Shown one piece after another: positions 19,487 through 31,133 of a stretch of 64,000 nucleotides of DNA (its first letter is position 1; every line of letters starts with the position of its first letter). The position numbers and the translations under genes are program-made. Source of the DNA: an uncultured bacterium. GTDB taxonomy: Bacteria > Armatimonadota > Abditibacteriia > Abditibacteriales > Abditibacteriaceae. Under the pieces are notes generated by a model, which was not told the DNA's origin, did no database searches, and was given only the letters and a program-made list of their open reading frames with translations. The DNA is taken from positions 2,988,375 through 3,052,374 of the forward strand of contig CAWJLW010000006.1 of assembly GCA_963843795.1 (NCBI GenBank). The letters are read 5' to 3'.

Positions 19487-19828
19487 ATGCAGTGTCCGTT
19501 GTGTAAAGAAGTGAATTTGGTGATGAGCGAGCGACAGGGAATCGAGATTGATTACTGCCCGCAATGTCGCGGCGTGTGGTTGGATCGCGGCGAATTAGAC
19601 AAAATTATCGAGCGCTCGACGGATGGCGTGCAGCCAACGGCTTCCAACGCTCCCACAGCCAACCCACCCACGCCAAGCGCGCAATGGCAGCCGCCTTCGC
19701 CGACGCCGATGTCGCCGCGCCGCGAGCCTTATCCGATGCGGCCCAATGATGATTACGACGATTATCGACACGGTAAGAAGAAAAAACGTGGTGGTTTTTT
19801 GGGCGATTTGTTCGATTTCGATTCTTAA
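19487..19828 (+). CDS. zf-TFIIB-like Zn-ribbon protein
   Basis: AAGGAG RBS; MQCPLC...IEIDYCPQCRGVWLDRGELDKII...KKKRGGFLGDLFD. Confidence 0.85.
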   Translation: MQCPLCKEVNLVMSERQGIEIDYCPQCRGVWLDRGELDKIIERSTDGVQPTASNAPTANPPTPSAQWQPPSPTPMSPRREPYPMRPNDDYDDYRHGKKKKRGGFLGDLFDFDS

Positions 19829-19913
19829 TCGAATCAAGTTCACCGCAAGTGCTTGCACTGGCAAGTACTTGCTATAACGATTGTGCCAGTCAGGGAATTT
19901 AATACAAGAATTT

Positions 19914-20870
19914 ATGAACAACGAAATTTGGTTGTGGGTCGGCTTCAATCTGTTTGTGCTGGCGATGTTAGCGCTCGATTTGGGCGTGTTTCATCGTCAG
20001 GCGCACGAAGTAAAGATCAAAGAAGCGTTGGGCTGGAGCGCGTTGTGGATCGGGCTTTCGCTGGTGTTCAATCTCATCGTGTGGCGCTGGCGCGGCTCCG
20101 AAGTGGCGATGGAATTTCTCAGCGCATATTTGCTAGAAAAAGCCTTGAGCGTAGATAACATTTTTGTCTTCATTATCATCTTTTCCTACTTCAAAGTACC
20201 CGCAATTTTACAGCACAAAGTACTTTTCTGGGGCATTATCAGCGCGCTGGTTATGCGCGCGGCTTGTATTGCGGCAGGCATCACGCTTCTCAAGCAATTT
20301 CACTGGCTTATTTATGTTTTCGGCGCGTTTCTCATTCTCACCGGTATCAAGATGGCTTTGAGCAAAGGTAAGGAGATTGATCCCGGAAAAAATCCGATTT
20401 TGAGCTTGCTGCGCCGATTGTTGCCGGTGACCGATGGATACGAGGGCGACGAAATTTTTCGTACGTCGCGATGCGCGATTATGGGCGACGCCATTATTTG
20501 TCACCCTGATTTTCATCGAGCTGACCGATCTGGTGTTCGCTGTCGATTCGATTCCCGCCGTGCTTTCGATTACACAAGACCCGTTCATCGTTTACACCTC
20601 GAACGTTTTTGCGATTTTAGGTTTGCGCGCGCTGTATTTTGCGCTGGCCGGTGTGATTGGCTTGTTCCATTATTTGCATTACGGGCTTTCCGCCGTGCTG
20701 GTTTTCGTGGGTATCAAGATGTTGATAACCGATCTTTACAAAATGCCCATCACAGCTTTCACTTTCGGTTATTATGGGCATTTTGTTGTTTTCTATCGCG
20801 CTATCGTTTCTGCGCCCACCAACCCAGAACCCCCATTGCTGAGAAAAAAGAGCCGGAAATTTCCGAGTAG
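19914..20870 (+). pseudogene. terC: TerC/Alx family metal homeostasis membrane protein with apparent frameshifts
   Basis: YLLEKALSVDNIFVF in frame 1, [27 protein letters not shown] in frame 2, and the last [18 protein letters not shown] in frame 3. Could be a pseudogene or sequencing error. Confidence 0.75.
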
Positions 20871-20878
20871 AGAATTTT

Positions 20879-21868
20879 TTATGCGTTTTGGGGCACGCGT
20901 AAAGTCAGAAAGGAAATTTCGGGTGGGCAATTGAAGCGCACGCGCGTTCCCGAAGTTCCGGCTCCGCGCGTGGTGTATTGCAACATTTCGCCGCGTCCGT
21001 TTTCGCCATTGTATTCAACGCGATACAATCCGGTGTGATATTTCTGGCCGCGCGGCGGCAAAACAGGCGGGCCGACGAACGGAACTACGACTTGTCCGCC
21101 GTGCGAATGACCGGACAATTGCAAATCAAAGCAGCCTCGCGGCGCGGTGATGTCGGCGTAATCCGGTTCGTGCATCATCAAAATCGTGCATTGGCGCGGC
21201 GTGGGCAATTGCGCTTGCAATGTGTCCAAATCGGGATTGCCGTAATAGCTATCCAGTCCGGCCAAAACCAAACGCGAGCCATCGCGCTCGATGGTCGTGT
21301 GGCGATTGCACAGTTCGGTGATACCAGCCGCTTTCAAGGCGCGGCGAACGATGGCCATTTCATGACGAGGGCCGTTGTCCGCAAAGTGTTCGTGATTGCC
21401 CATTGTCGCCCACACACCATCGCGCGCGCGCAATTTTCCCAATTCGTTCACCAGTTGATTTTCAATGCTGTATGCTTCGTACGAAATAAAATCGCCTACC
21501 AGCGCGACAGTATCCGGCTGCCACGCATTGACGCGCGCGACCAAGCGATTTAACCGTTGCGTGTCGGGTTCTTCATCCAAGTGCAAATCGGCGATTAATG
21601 CAACGCGAAAACCATCGAAAGCGCGCGGTAAATTGGGCACTTGCAGTTCGATTTCGGGAAAAGTGCAACGCGCGGGCGCGATTGTGTGCGCGTAAGCGCC
21701 GGTCGCCGCGCACACCAGGCCGCCGCCGATAGCCACGCGCACGCCAGTTTGCAGAAACTTGCGGCGCGTGATGGGTGACGAGCTTTGAATTGGCGCGGGT
21801 TCTATCACGGCGTTCTCGCGCCGGACGTTTGGAACGAAGATACCCGAATCGGTGCTTTGCATCATCAC
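20879..21868 (-). CDS. Metallophosphoesterase (YkuE-like) with Tat-like motif
   Basis: [30 protein letters not shown]. Confidence 0.88.
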   Translation of the reverse strand: MMMQSTDSGIFVPNVRRENAVIEPAPIQSSSPITRRKFLQTGVRVAIGGGLVCAATGAYAHTIAPARCTFPEIELQVPNLPRAFDGFRVALIADLHLDEEPDTQRLNRLVARVNAWQPDTVALVGDFISYEAYSIENQLVNELGKLRARDGVWATMGNHEHFADNGPRHEMAIVRRALKAAGITELCNRHTTIERDGSRLVLAGLDSYYGNPDLDTLQAQLPTPRQCTILMMHEPDYADITAPRGCFDLQLSGHSHGGQVVVPFVGPPVLPPRGQKYHTGLYRVEYNGENGRGEMLQYTTRGAGTSGTRVRFNCPPEISFLTLRVPQNA

Positions 21869-21956
21869 TTATTTTCGGCCTAACGCCGCCAATGGACAAG
21901 CACACGAGTGTTGCCATCGCAGGTTTCAACGCCCGAACCCTCGCTTGCAAAACCAA

Positions 21957-21989
21957 AAACGGGCCGCGCTTTGGAAGCGCGGCCCGTTT
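21957..21989 (-). terminator. Intrinsic terminator downstream of amtB
   Basis: aaacgggccgcgctt-tgg-aagcgcggcccgttt. Confidence 0.7.
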
Positions 21990-22036
21990 GGTTCTACAAT
22001 GCTCTGCAAGTACTCTGCAGGGATAGATTTGTGATT

Positions 22037-23518
22037 TTAGCCGGTGACTTCGGAATAGGCTTCTTCGCCGTGCAAGCCGATATCGAGACCGCGCATTTCG
22101 ACTTCGTCGTTCACGCGCAAGCCCATCACAGCGTTCAGCACTTTGAACAGGATGAACGAACCGACAAAAGTGTAAACCGCGACAATACCGGTGCCCAGGA
22201 ATTGCTTACCAGCCTGTGCCAGACCGCCGCCATCGGTCGCGAAGATGCCGGTCAAAACCGCGCCAGTGAAACCCCCGACGCCGTGAACGGCGAACGCGTC
22301 CAGCGAGTCATCGACCGGGCCTTTGGCGCGCATGGTTGCCATGACGTAACACACACCTGAAGTGATAGCACCCACGAAAATCGCGCCCATTGGAGAAACA
22401 AAGCCGCAAGCCGGCGTAATACCCACCAAACCGGCTACTGCGCCAGTGCCCGCGCCCAGAGCAGTCATTTCTTTGCGCGTCACCTGGTCGATCAACATCC
22501 ACGCGGCCATCGCAGCCGCTGCGCCCAGAGTCGTGTTGACAAACGCTTGCGTGGCCAAACCGTTAGCGCCCAGAGCCGAACCGGCGTTAAAGCCGTACCA
22601 GCCGAACCACAGCAAACCGACGCCCAATAAACAGAACGGCAGGTTGTGCGGACGCCATGGCTGCACGTTGTAGCCTTTGCGAGAACCCAGCGCTATAACG
22701 CCAGCCAGAGCTGCGAAACCGGCATTGACATGAACGACTGCGCCGCCAGCAAAGTCTTTGACGCCCATCGCACCAATGAAACCTCCGCCCCAAACCCAGT
22801 GAGCGACCGGAGCATAAATCAAAAGTCCCCACAAACAAATGAAAACAATATAGGTGCTGAATTTCAAACGTTCGACCAGAGAACCCGAAATCAGCGCGGG
22901 CGTGATGATGAAGAACATCATCTGGAAAACCATGAATGCTTGATGCGGAATTGTTTTGGCGAGGCTATGCGCGTTATCAGTTCCAACGCCATTCAAGAAC
23001 GAAAATTGGAATCCGCCCCAGAAATTATTGAGCGAGCCCCCATCACCAAAAGCAATCGAATACGCAAAAAACGCCCACATCAAAGCCATGACAGCCATCG
23101 CGCCATACGACATCAGCAAGGTGTTAAGCATGTTCTTCGAGCGCACTAAACCGCCATAGAAGAAGCCCAAGCCCGGCGTCATTAGTAAAACCAACGCTGC
23201 CGAAGCCAAAACCCACGCCGTGTCACCAGTATTCAATTTGTCTTCGGGCAAAGGCACAACTAAAGCGTCTTCAGCTGCCGCTTCGCTGGGAGTTGTGACC
23301 GCAGCATCCGGCGCAGCGGACGCTGCGCCTTGAGCAGCGACACCCGTTTCCGTGTTCGGGGCTTGAGCGGGCGCATCTTGAGCGTGTACAGTCGAACTGA
23401 GGCCTCCGAAAATCGCCATCGTCGCCCACACCATCAATACCACGCGCGACCACAATGTGGAACTCACATTACGTCGCCTCACCCCAACATTTCCCTGCAT
23501 CATTGCTTGATTCATCAA
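22037..23518 (-). CDS. amtB: Ammonium transporter
   Basis: LMTPGLGFFYGG, FQMMF, DFAGGAVVH, LWFGWYGFNAGS, DDSLDAFAVHG. No glnK adjacent. Confidence 0.95.
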   Translation of the reverse strand: MMNQAMMQGNVGVRRRNVSSTLWSRVVLMVWATMAIFGGLSSTVHAQDAPAQAPNTETGVAAQGAASAAPDAAVTTPSEAAAEDALVVPLPEDKLNTGDTAWVLASAALVLLMTPGLGFFYGGLVRSKNMLNTLLMSYGAMAVMALMWAFFAYSIAFGDGGSLNNFWGGFQFSFLNGVGTDNAHSLAKTIPHQAFMVFQMMFFIITPALISGSLVERLKFSTYIVFICLWGLLIYAPVAHWVWGGGFIGAMGVKDFAGGAVVHVNAGFAALAGVIALGSRKGYNVQPWRPHNLPFCLLGVGLLWFGWYGFNAGSALGANGLATQAFVNTTLGAAAAMAAWMLIDQVTRKEMTALGAGTGAVAGLVGITPACGFVSPMGAIFVGAITSGVCYVMATMRAKGPVDDSLDAFAVHGVGGFTGAVLTGIFATDGGGLAQAGKQFLGTGIVAVYTFVGSFILFKVLNAVMGLRVNDEVEMRGLDIGLHGEEAYSEVTG

Positions 23519-23770
23519 AATGTTCTCCTAAAATTCCGTCACTGTTATTTTTACCGCGCGAAAATCTTGTCTGATTTATCGCATCAAGTGCCGGTGATTT
23601 TAGGAACCAATTGTTACCAACACGTTAATTTGGCGTAAAAATCGCGTGGCGGAAGCGTTTCATTGGGATGATGAGCCGAGTTTTGTCATAAATTAAAGCG
23701 ATTTCAAACCAAAAACGCCCGCAAATACAGTGCAAGTACTTGCGGGCGCGCTTCAGAGAAATTGCGGTTT

Positions 23771-24769
23771 TCACCGTCGTTCGAGATAAAAAAGGCAGAA
23801 AAGTTCGCGTTCGTCCAACCATTTTTCGCGCACTTTCCAGCCCGCATTTTCCGCCATTCGCGTAAAAACCTGCGGCGCGTATTTATGCGAATGCTCGGTG
23901 ACGATAATTTCCTCATCGGCAAAATCAAAGGTTTGCCCATCAAGCGAAACCGTTTGCGCGCCCCGAGCGATCAATTGCATTTCGATGCGGCTATTGGCTT
24001 CGTCCCAAATGGCGCGATGCTCGAAACGACTGACATCGAAATCGCCGCCCAACTCTCGATTAATGCGCTCGAGCAAATTCAAATTAAAATTCGCCGTCAC
24101 ACATTTGCTATCGTTGTAAGCGGCTTCAAGTACTTGCACATCTTTTTTCAAATCAATGCCGATGAGCGCGCCGCCTTCGCCTTGGCAAACCTGCGCCATG
24201 CGTTCTAAAAATTGCTGTGCCCGCGCGCGCGTAAAGTTACCCAGTGTCGAACCAGGAAAATAAGCGACTCGCCGACTGGCGCCTTCGATGCGAGGCAAGC
24301 TGAATTCGCCAGTGTAATCGGCACAAATCGGCACGATATTCAAATCGGGATACTCGTTTCGCAGCGCGCGCGCCGATTCCTGCAAATGCGCGCCGGAAAT
24401 ATCCAGAGGCAAATACGCCTGCGGTCGCAAATCGGCTTTTTCCAGCGCATCCAACAAAATGCGAGTTTTGGTAGAAGAACCCGAACCGTATTCGATGAGA
24501 GTGCTGCGCGGGCCGATACAGCGCGCCATCGCGTCGCCGTGTTCGCACATAATCGCAGCTTCAGTGCGCGTGACGTAATATTCGTCCAATTGGCAAATCT
24601 GGTCGAAGAGCTGCGAGCCGCGCGCGTCGTAGAAGTATTTGCAGGGCAAAGTCTTGGGATTTTGCGCTAAACCTTCAACGGCATCGCGCAAAAATTCGGC
24701 GCGTTGGGTGGCAGTTTCATCGCTTATTTGCTGGTTGATGGGCGCGACGGCGACAGGTGCAGTGTTCAT
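23771..24769 (-). CDS. egtD: L-histidine N-alpha-methyltransferase
   Basis: KTLPCKYFYDARGSQLF, EYGSGSSTKT, FPGSTLGNF, AAYND, TEHSHKY. Confidence 0.92.
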   Translation of the reverse strand: MNTAPVAVAPINQQISDETATQRAEFLRDAVEGLAQNPKTLPCKYFYDARGSQLFDQICQLDEYYVTRTEAAIMCEHGDAMARCIGPRSTLIEYGSGSSTKTRILLDALEKADLRPQAYLPLDISGAHLQESARALRNEYPDLNIVPICADYTGEFSLPRIEGASRRVAYFPGSTLGNFTRARAQQFLERMAQVCQGEGGALIGIDLKKDVQVLEAAYNDSKCVTANFNLNLLERINRELGGDFDVSRFEHRAIWDEANSRIEMQLIARGAQTVSLDGQTFDFADEEIIVTEHSHKYAPQVFTRMAENAGWKVREKWLDERELFCLFYLERR

Positions 24770-24846
24770 AAATTGGCGCACTTGCCAATTGCGCGCCGAT
24801 TGCAAAACATCGAACAAACGGGAGGCAGTACTTGCCCCACGTTTTC

Positions 24847-26205
<1,359 letters not shown>

Positions 26206-26457
26206 AATCTTCCTTCATCAATAATTATTGACGGAAAATACGCCCAAATTCGAGGCCACGTTGCACCGCAAGTACTTGCGCAAGCCCTGCAGCGTAGATT
26301 TAAGGAAAATCACACACCACTCAACAACCAAAATACGCCATAATTACCTTGATGACCAAGGCAGACAATTTTGGCCAATATCGTGTAAAATAACAAAAAG
26401 AAGATACCTGTTACGAAGAAGAATTGTAGTAAAACCAAAAGTTTAAGGGAGACGAAA

Positions 26458-26748
26458 ATGGAAAGCTGGAAGAAGATAGTTTTGATGAGCGCGTTGGGTT
26501 TGACTATCGGCGGCGCTCTTGTGCAGAGCACGCGGGTTTATGCGGGTCAGAAAGATCACAAAGTCGCGATTTGCCACGGTACGGCCAGCAAAACCAACCC
26601 GTATGTTTTGATCAACGTCGATCAAAGCGCGGTTCAGGGTCATTTTGATGGCACGGCGCCCGGACACGGCAAAAACAACGCGCCCGACTTTTTTGCGATC
26701 AATGGCAGTTGCGATACGCCCGCGCCCAATCCCGGCCCCAATAGCTAA
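26458..26748 (+). CDS. Small secreted hypothetical protein
   Basis: GGGAG RBS, signal peptide ending VYA, KVAICHGTASKTNPYVLINV...GH motif; followed by a terminator. Confidence 0.75.
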   Translation: MESWKKIVLMSALGLTIGGALVQSTRVYAGQKDHKVAICHGTASKTNPYVLINVDQSAVQGHFDGTAPGHGKNNAPDFFAINGSCDTPAPNPGPNS

Positions 26749-26774
26749 TCGCAAAATTTGAATTGTCACACCAG

Positions 26775-26810
26775 AAACAAGCGGAACATTTTAAGATGTT
26801 CCGCTTGTTT
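26775..26810. terminator. Intrinsic terminator between convergent genes
   Basis: aaacaagcggaacat-tttaag-atgttccgcttgttt plus T run. Confidence 0.75.
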
Positions 26811-26820
26811 TTTGCAGTTC

Positions 26821-27735
26821 TCAAGTTTTGAGCACATCGTCTTGCAAGGTACGCGAAACCGAAACCCACGCGCCGAGCAAGCCAAAGCCCAGACCGGCCA
26901 CAAACATCCAAGCGATGCACGACCACAGATTCGAGGTTTGGCCCAAGGGCAGTAACGCCTGCGTCCAGCGCGATATGGCGCGCGCGCCTGCTGTATAAAG
27001 TGGCCCCAGTAAAAGTGCGGCCACGAACGCGCCAATGGCTCCGTAAATCAGGCCTTCCAGCACGAATGGCACCCGAATGAACGAGTTGGTCGCGCCGACA
27101 AGTTCCATGATGCGAATTTCGCGGCGGCGCGCGTGAATCGTCAATCGAATCGCATTGTGAATAATCAACAGCGTCGCCAAACCCATTATGGTTGCGGCAA
27201 ACAAACCGGCATAAGTGAGGAAACGATTGAACGCCAGCAGCGCGCGCACGGCCTCGTTTTCCTGCGGCGAGCGCGTTTCCAACACGCCTTTGCCCCGGAG
27301 CGAATTGAAGTAATTGCGCACCGCAAAGAAATCTTCGCCCGGATTTTTCAATTGCAAACGCAGTTCATCGCTGAACGGATTGTATTGCGAATCTTGAAAG
27401 TCATCAAGGGGAATTTGCGGCATTTCCTTTTGAAAATCTTTCAAGACTTGATTTTTCAAAACCACGTCAACATTTTTGACCTGCGGAATGCGCGCGGCTT
27501 CAAACAATTCTTTGCGCCGCGCTTCGGTGACGTCGCGCTCCAGAATAACTGCGAGGTCAAGCTTTTCGGTTTCGTTTTGTACCGCAGCGCGCAGGTTCGA
27601 CAAAGTGAGGTAAAACGCGCCCAGAATGAATAGGCCAATAGTCACGGTCGAAATCGCGAGCAGGCTCATTAAAGGGTTGCGGCGAATGTTGGACAAAGTT
27701 TCGCGCAACCAGAACATCAAATATTCAAGCAACAT
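26821..27735 (-). CDS. ftsX: Cell division permease FtsX
   Basis: NIRRNPLMSL, NAIRLTIHARRREIRIMELVGAT..FIRVPF.LEG. Confidence 0.92.
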   Translation of the reverse strand: MLLEYLMFWLRETLSNIRRNPLMSLLAISTVTIGLFILGAFYLTLSNLRAAVQNETEKLDLAVILERDVTEARRKELFEAARIPQVKNVDVVLKNQVLKDFQKEMPQIPLDDFQDSQYNPFSDELRLQLKNPGEDFFAVRNYFNSLRGKGVLETRSPQENEAVRALLAFNRFLTYAGLFAATIMGLATLLIIHNAIRLTIHARRREIRIMELVGATNSFIRVPFVLEGLIYGAIGAFVAALLLGPLYTAGARAISRWTQALLPLGQTSNLWSCIAWMFVAGLGFGLLGAWVSVSRTLQDDVLKT

Positions 27736-27771
27736 AATGTGAGATTGGTTTGGAGTTTAGCGTTCGCTCCT

Positions 27772-28923
27772 TTAGCGTTCGCCCTGATTATCGCGCTGCA
27801 CGTCAGGGCGCGCATCGGGACGGCGCGCAGGTTGGTTTTTGCGGTCGAACTGCACCAACGGATTGTCGGGCGAACCCAGCGGTGCCTGATTTTCTTTGGT
27901 TTCGCTGAATGGTGCCACTTCATTTTCGCTTGCTTCGCTTAGACTGGGACGCTGCGAAAAAATCGGGCGGCGCGGATAAACCGGACGGGGGCGTGGCGTG
28001 GCTGGCGCATCATCGACTGCGGACGCAGCATCGACTGCGGACTCATCGCTTGCGGGCACAGCATTGGTGGCTGGCCGAGTTGTTGGTGTTGGAATACTGG
28101 GCGCTTGCGTACGTGGCGTTTGTCGTCGGGGCGTCGAACTTCTGCTCACAGATGATTTTGTCGCCAGAGCATCGCGATGAGGCGCAACGGAGGGTTCGTC
28201 ATCGCGCGCAGAAACGGGCGGAGTGACATCGTGCAAATGGTAGGTGCCGCCCGCGTTATCGGCGCTGAGCTGTCCACCTTCCAAGCGCACCACGCGGCGG
28301 CGCTGCTGATTGACGATTTCACGGTCGTGCGTGGCCATTACAATCGTCGTTCCGGTCGCGTTGATGCGTTCCAGAACTTCGATAATATCGGCGCCGGTTT
28401 TAGGATCGAGATTGCCGGTCGGCTCATCGGCCAGAAGTACTTGCGGGTTGTTGACAATGGCGCGCGCAATCGCGACGCGCTGTTGTTCGCCACCCGAAAG
28501 TTGGTGGGGATGCGCTTTGGCCTTATTTTGTAAACCGACGGTTTCGAGTGCACGCGGCACATCGCGCACCAGCGATTTTTGCGGCGCGCCGATAACTTGC
28601 AGCGCGAATGCAACGTTTTCCCAAACGGTTTTCTGCGGCATCAAGAGAAAATCTTGAAACACGACGCCCATTTTGCGACGCAAAAAGGGAATATCGCGCA
28701 AGGGCAAACGTGTGATATCGCGGTCGTCCACCCAAACTTGGCCGCTCGCAGCGTGCGCGCCGCCGTAGATGAGCTTGAGCAAAGTACTTTTGCCGGCACC
28801 TGAGGGGCCGACCAGAAAAATCCATTCGCCGCGCTCGATTTTCAAGTTAATTTTTTCCAGCGCGGAAATGGGATAGCGTTCGTCGGGTTGATAACACACC
28901 GACACATCACGAAATTCAATCAC
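27772..28923 (-). CDS. ftsE: Cell division ATP-binding protein FtsE with long C-terminal tail
   Basis: GTG start [44 protein letters not shown]; upstream of ftsX. Confidence 0.9.
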   Translation of the reverse strand: MIEFRDVSVCYQPDERYPISALEKINLKIERGEWIFLVGPSGAGKSTLLKLIYGGAHAASGQVWVDDRDITRLPLRDIPFLRRKMGVVFQDFLLMPQKTVWENVAFALQVIGAPQKSLVRDVPRALETVGLQNKAKAHPHQLSGGEQQRVAIARAIVNNPQVLLADEPTGNLDPKTGADIIEVLERINATGTTIVMATHDREIVNQQRRRVVRLEGGQLSADNAGGTYHLHDVTPPVSARDDEPSVAPHRDALATKSSVSRSSTPRRQTPRTQAPSIPTPTTRPATNAVPASDESAVDAASAVDDAPATPRPRPVYPRRPIFSQRPSLSEASENEVAPFSETKENQAPLGSPDNPLVQFDRKNQPARRPDARPDVQRDNQGER

Positions 28924-29221
28924 GTCAAACCTGCTTCCCGAAACGGGCTTCGATAATAAGGGCTGCGATACAAAGGCTGCGATAAATGCGGCAAAAGTGG
29001 GCTGTCGCGCCAGGAACTGCACGACAATAAGCGCCGCTCATTTTAAGCTAAGCGCGCGCAGACGGCAAACTTTAGGCAAACTTTGAGAAGTTTTTCAGGT
29101 GGTTTGAGTTTGGCGCAACACCAGCGCTGTGCTAAGATGGAAGGGGCAATTTTCGATAATTATCCCGCGCGGCGCGGCGTTTTTGCGCTGTCACGGAGAA
29201 AGCGATAAGGAAAAGATAAAG

Positions 29222-29779
29222 ATGCCCAAACAAGTTTTGTCCGAGATGGAGCGCAAGATGAAAGCGGCCATCGAAAGCCTCAATTCCGATCTCGGCGTTT
29301 TGCGCACTGGTCGCGCCACGCCCGCCCTCCTCGATAAAATTGTCGTCGAGTATTACGGCACGCCCACACCATTGAATCAGATGGCCAACATTTCCGCGCC
29401 CGATCCGCGCTCGCTGCTGATTGCCCCCTGGGACAAATCCATCGTCGATAGCATCGTTGCGGCAATTTCTAAAAGCGATCAGGGTTTGCAGGCCACCAAA
29501 GACGGCCACGACGTACGCGTGAACGTGCCCGCCTTAAACGAAGAACGCCGTAGAGACATGGTGAAGCAGGCCGGAAAATACGCCGAAGCCAGCAAAGTCG
29601 CTGTGCGCAACGTGCGCCGCGATGCCAACGACACTTTGAAGAAAATGGAAAAAGACGGCGAGTTGACCAAAGACGATCTCAGTCGCTACGAAAGCGAAGT
29701 GCAGAAAGTAACCGACCGTTACACCGCCGAAGTCGATAGCGTGCGTGAAGCCAAAGAAGCCGAAATCATGGAAGTGTAA
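29222..29779 (+). CDS. frr: Ribosome recycling factor
   Basis: LRTGRA, YYGTPTPL, LNEERRR, VRNVRRD. Confidence 0.95.
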   Translation: MPKQVLSEMERKMKAAIESLNSDLGVLRTGRATPALLDKIVVEYYGTPTPLNQMANISAPDPRSLLIAPWDKSIVDSIVAAISKSDQGLQATKDGHDVRVNVPALNEERRRDMVKQAGKYAEASKVAVRNVRRDANDTLKKMEKDGELTKDDLSRYESEVQKVTDRYTAEVDSVREAKEAEIMEV

Positions 29780-29847
29780 ATACGTAGATGTCATGCAAGT
29801 ACTTGCAGCGAGACGTTGTTGAAAGTACTTGTCTGGCCTCGTTTATC

Positions 29848-30180
29848 ATGAACGACGATTTGCAACAGGCAATCGGCTGGAAACTGGACGAAGCGCGCGC
29901 TTGGCTTGAAGCGCAGCATGGCGCGAATTACGATTTGCAAATCGTCGAAACCGCACCGCCCGCGAAGCCGCCGCGACGCGAAAATGCCAGCAACAAGAAA
30001 GCGAAAACGCGCGAGGTGCAGACCGAAGTGGCAAAATCGCGTGAACGAGCCGGCGATTGGCGCGTGTTGCGTTGTCGTTACCTCGGCCAAAACGAAACGA
30101 AAAGCCAGGCTGCGAGTAATTGCGAGCGGCGAGCAGCCATTGAAATTGTGACGGCACGCGAGATAGTCAAAAGCGAGTAA
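29848..30180 (+). CDS. Small hypothetical protein
   Basis: ORF filling the frr-uppS gap on the operon strand. Confidence 0.55.
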   Translation: MNDDLQQAIGWKLDEARAWLEAQHGANYDLQIVETAPPAKPPRRENASNKKAKTREVQTEVAKSRERAGDWRVLRCRYLGQNETKSQAASNCERRAAIEIVTAREIVKSE

Positions 30181-30211
30181 TTTTTAACGATAGTGTTTTT
30201 GGAAACATCAC

Positions 30212-31090
30212 ATGTCATTACTGTCCATGTATTCGGCGCGCGAAGCCAGTGCCCGCGAAGCCAACGAACGTGCGGAAGCCAAAAGCCAGGAAACCGAAGG
30301 CGATTGGGTGTCGCGCTTGTCGCCCGAAGCGCAACGTGCCAGCCGCGAATATCTCGCTGAAGCCGCCGCTCTGGGCATAGAACCGCACAAAATGCCGCAG
30401 CACGTCGCTGTTATTATGGATGGTAATCGGCGCTGGGCCAAAGATCGTGGCTGGCTCATTATCGCCGGTCACTCGACTGGTGCCAAAACTACGCGCGACG
30501 TGATTCACACCTGCGCCGGCTTGAAAATTCCCGCGCTCACGCTTTACACGTTTTCGACCGAAAACTGGCGTCGTCCTGCTGCTGAAGTCGTGGCTTTAAT
30601 GCGTTTGATTACACGCAATTTGCGTCAGGAATTAGCGACGATGCACGCGCATAACATTCGCATTCAGCACATCGGGCGCCGCGACGGTTTGCCGCGTTAT
30701 CTGCTGCGCCAAATCGACCAGTGCGTGGAATCGACCCGCAAAAACACTGGTATGGTGTTATCGCTGGCCTTGAATTACGGAGGTCGCGCCGAAATTGCCG
30801 ATGCGTGTCGTTCGCTTCTTAAAAAGGTGCAGGACGGTTTGCTGCGCGCCGAAGAAGTGACCGAAGAACTGATCGAACAATCGTTATATACAGCGGGCCT
30901 GCCCGAACCAGATTTGATGATTCGCACCGGTGGCGAATTTCGCATCTCGAATTTTTTGCCTTGGCAAATCGCGTATGCTGAACTTTGGGTGACACCGGTT
31001 TTGTGGCCGGATTTCAATAAAAACGAACTGTATCGCGCAATTGTCGATTTTCAAAAGCGCGAACGCCGTTTCGGTGGCGCACAAACTTAA
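30212..31090 (+). CDS. uppS: Undecaprenyl diphosphate synthase
   Basis: HVAVIMDGNRRWA, FSTENWRRP, NYGGR, PDLMIRTGGEFRISNFLPWQ. Confidence 0.95.
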   Translation: MSLLSMYSAREASAREANERAEAKSQETEGDWVSRLSPEAQRASREYLAEAAALGIEPHKMPQHVAVIMDGNRRWAKDRGWLIIAGHSTGAKTTRDVIHTCAGLKIPALTLYTFSTENWRRPAAEVVALMRLITRNLRQELATMHAHNIRIQHIGRRDGLPRYLLRQIDQCVESTRKNTGMVLSLALNYGGRAEIADACRSLLKKVQDGLLRAEEVTEELIEQSLYTAGLPEPDLMIRTGGEFRISNFLPWQIAYAELWVTPVLWPDFNKNELYRAIVDFQKRERRFGGAQT

Positions 31091-31133
31091 AAACCGCGCT
31101 GCAAGTACTTGCAGCGCATTGTGTTGCATTATT

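Noticed and set aside
23520..23770. Nitrogen-regulator site or glnK upstream of amtB
   Set aside because: I could not see a convincing GlnR/TnrA, NtrC or sigma-54 consensus, or a PII ORF.
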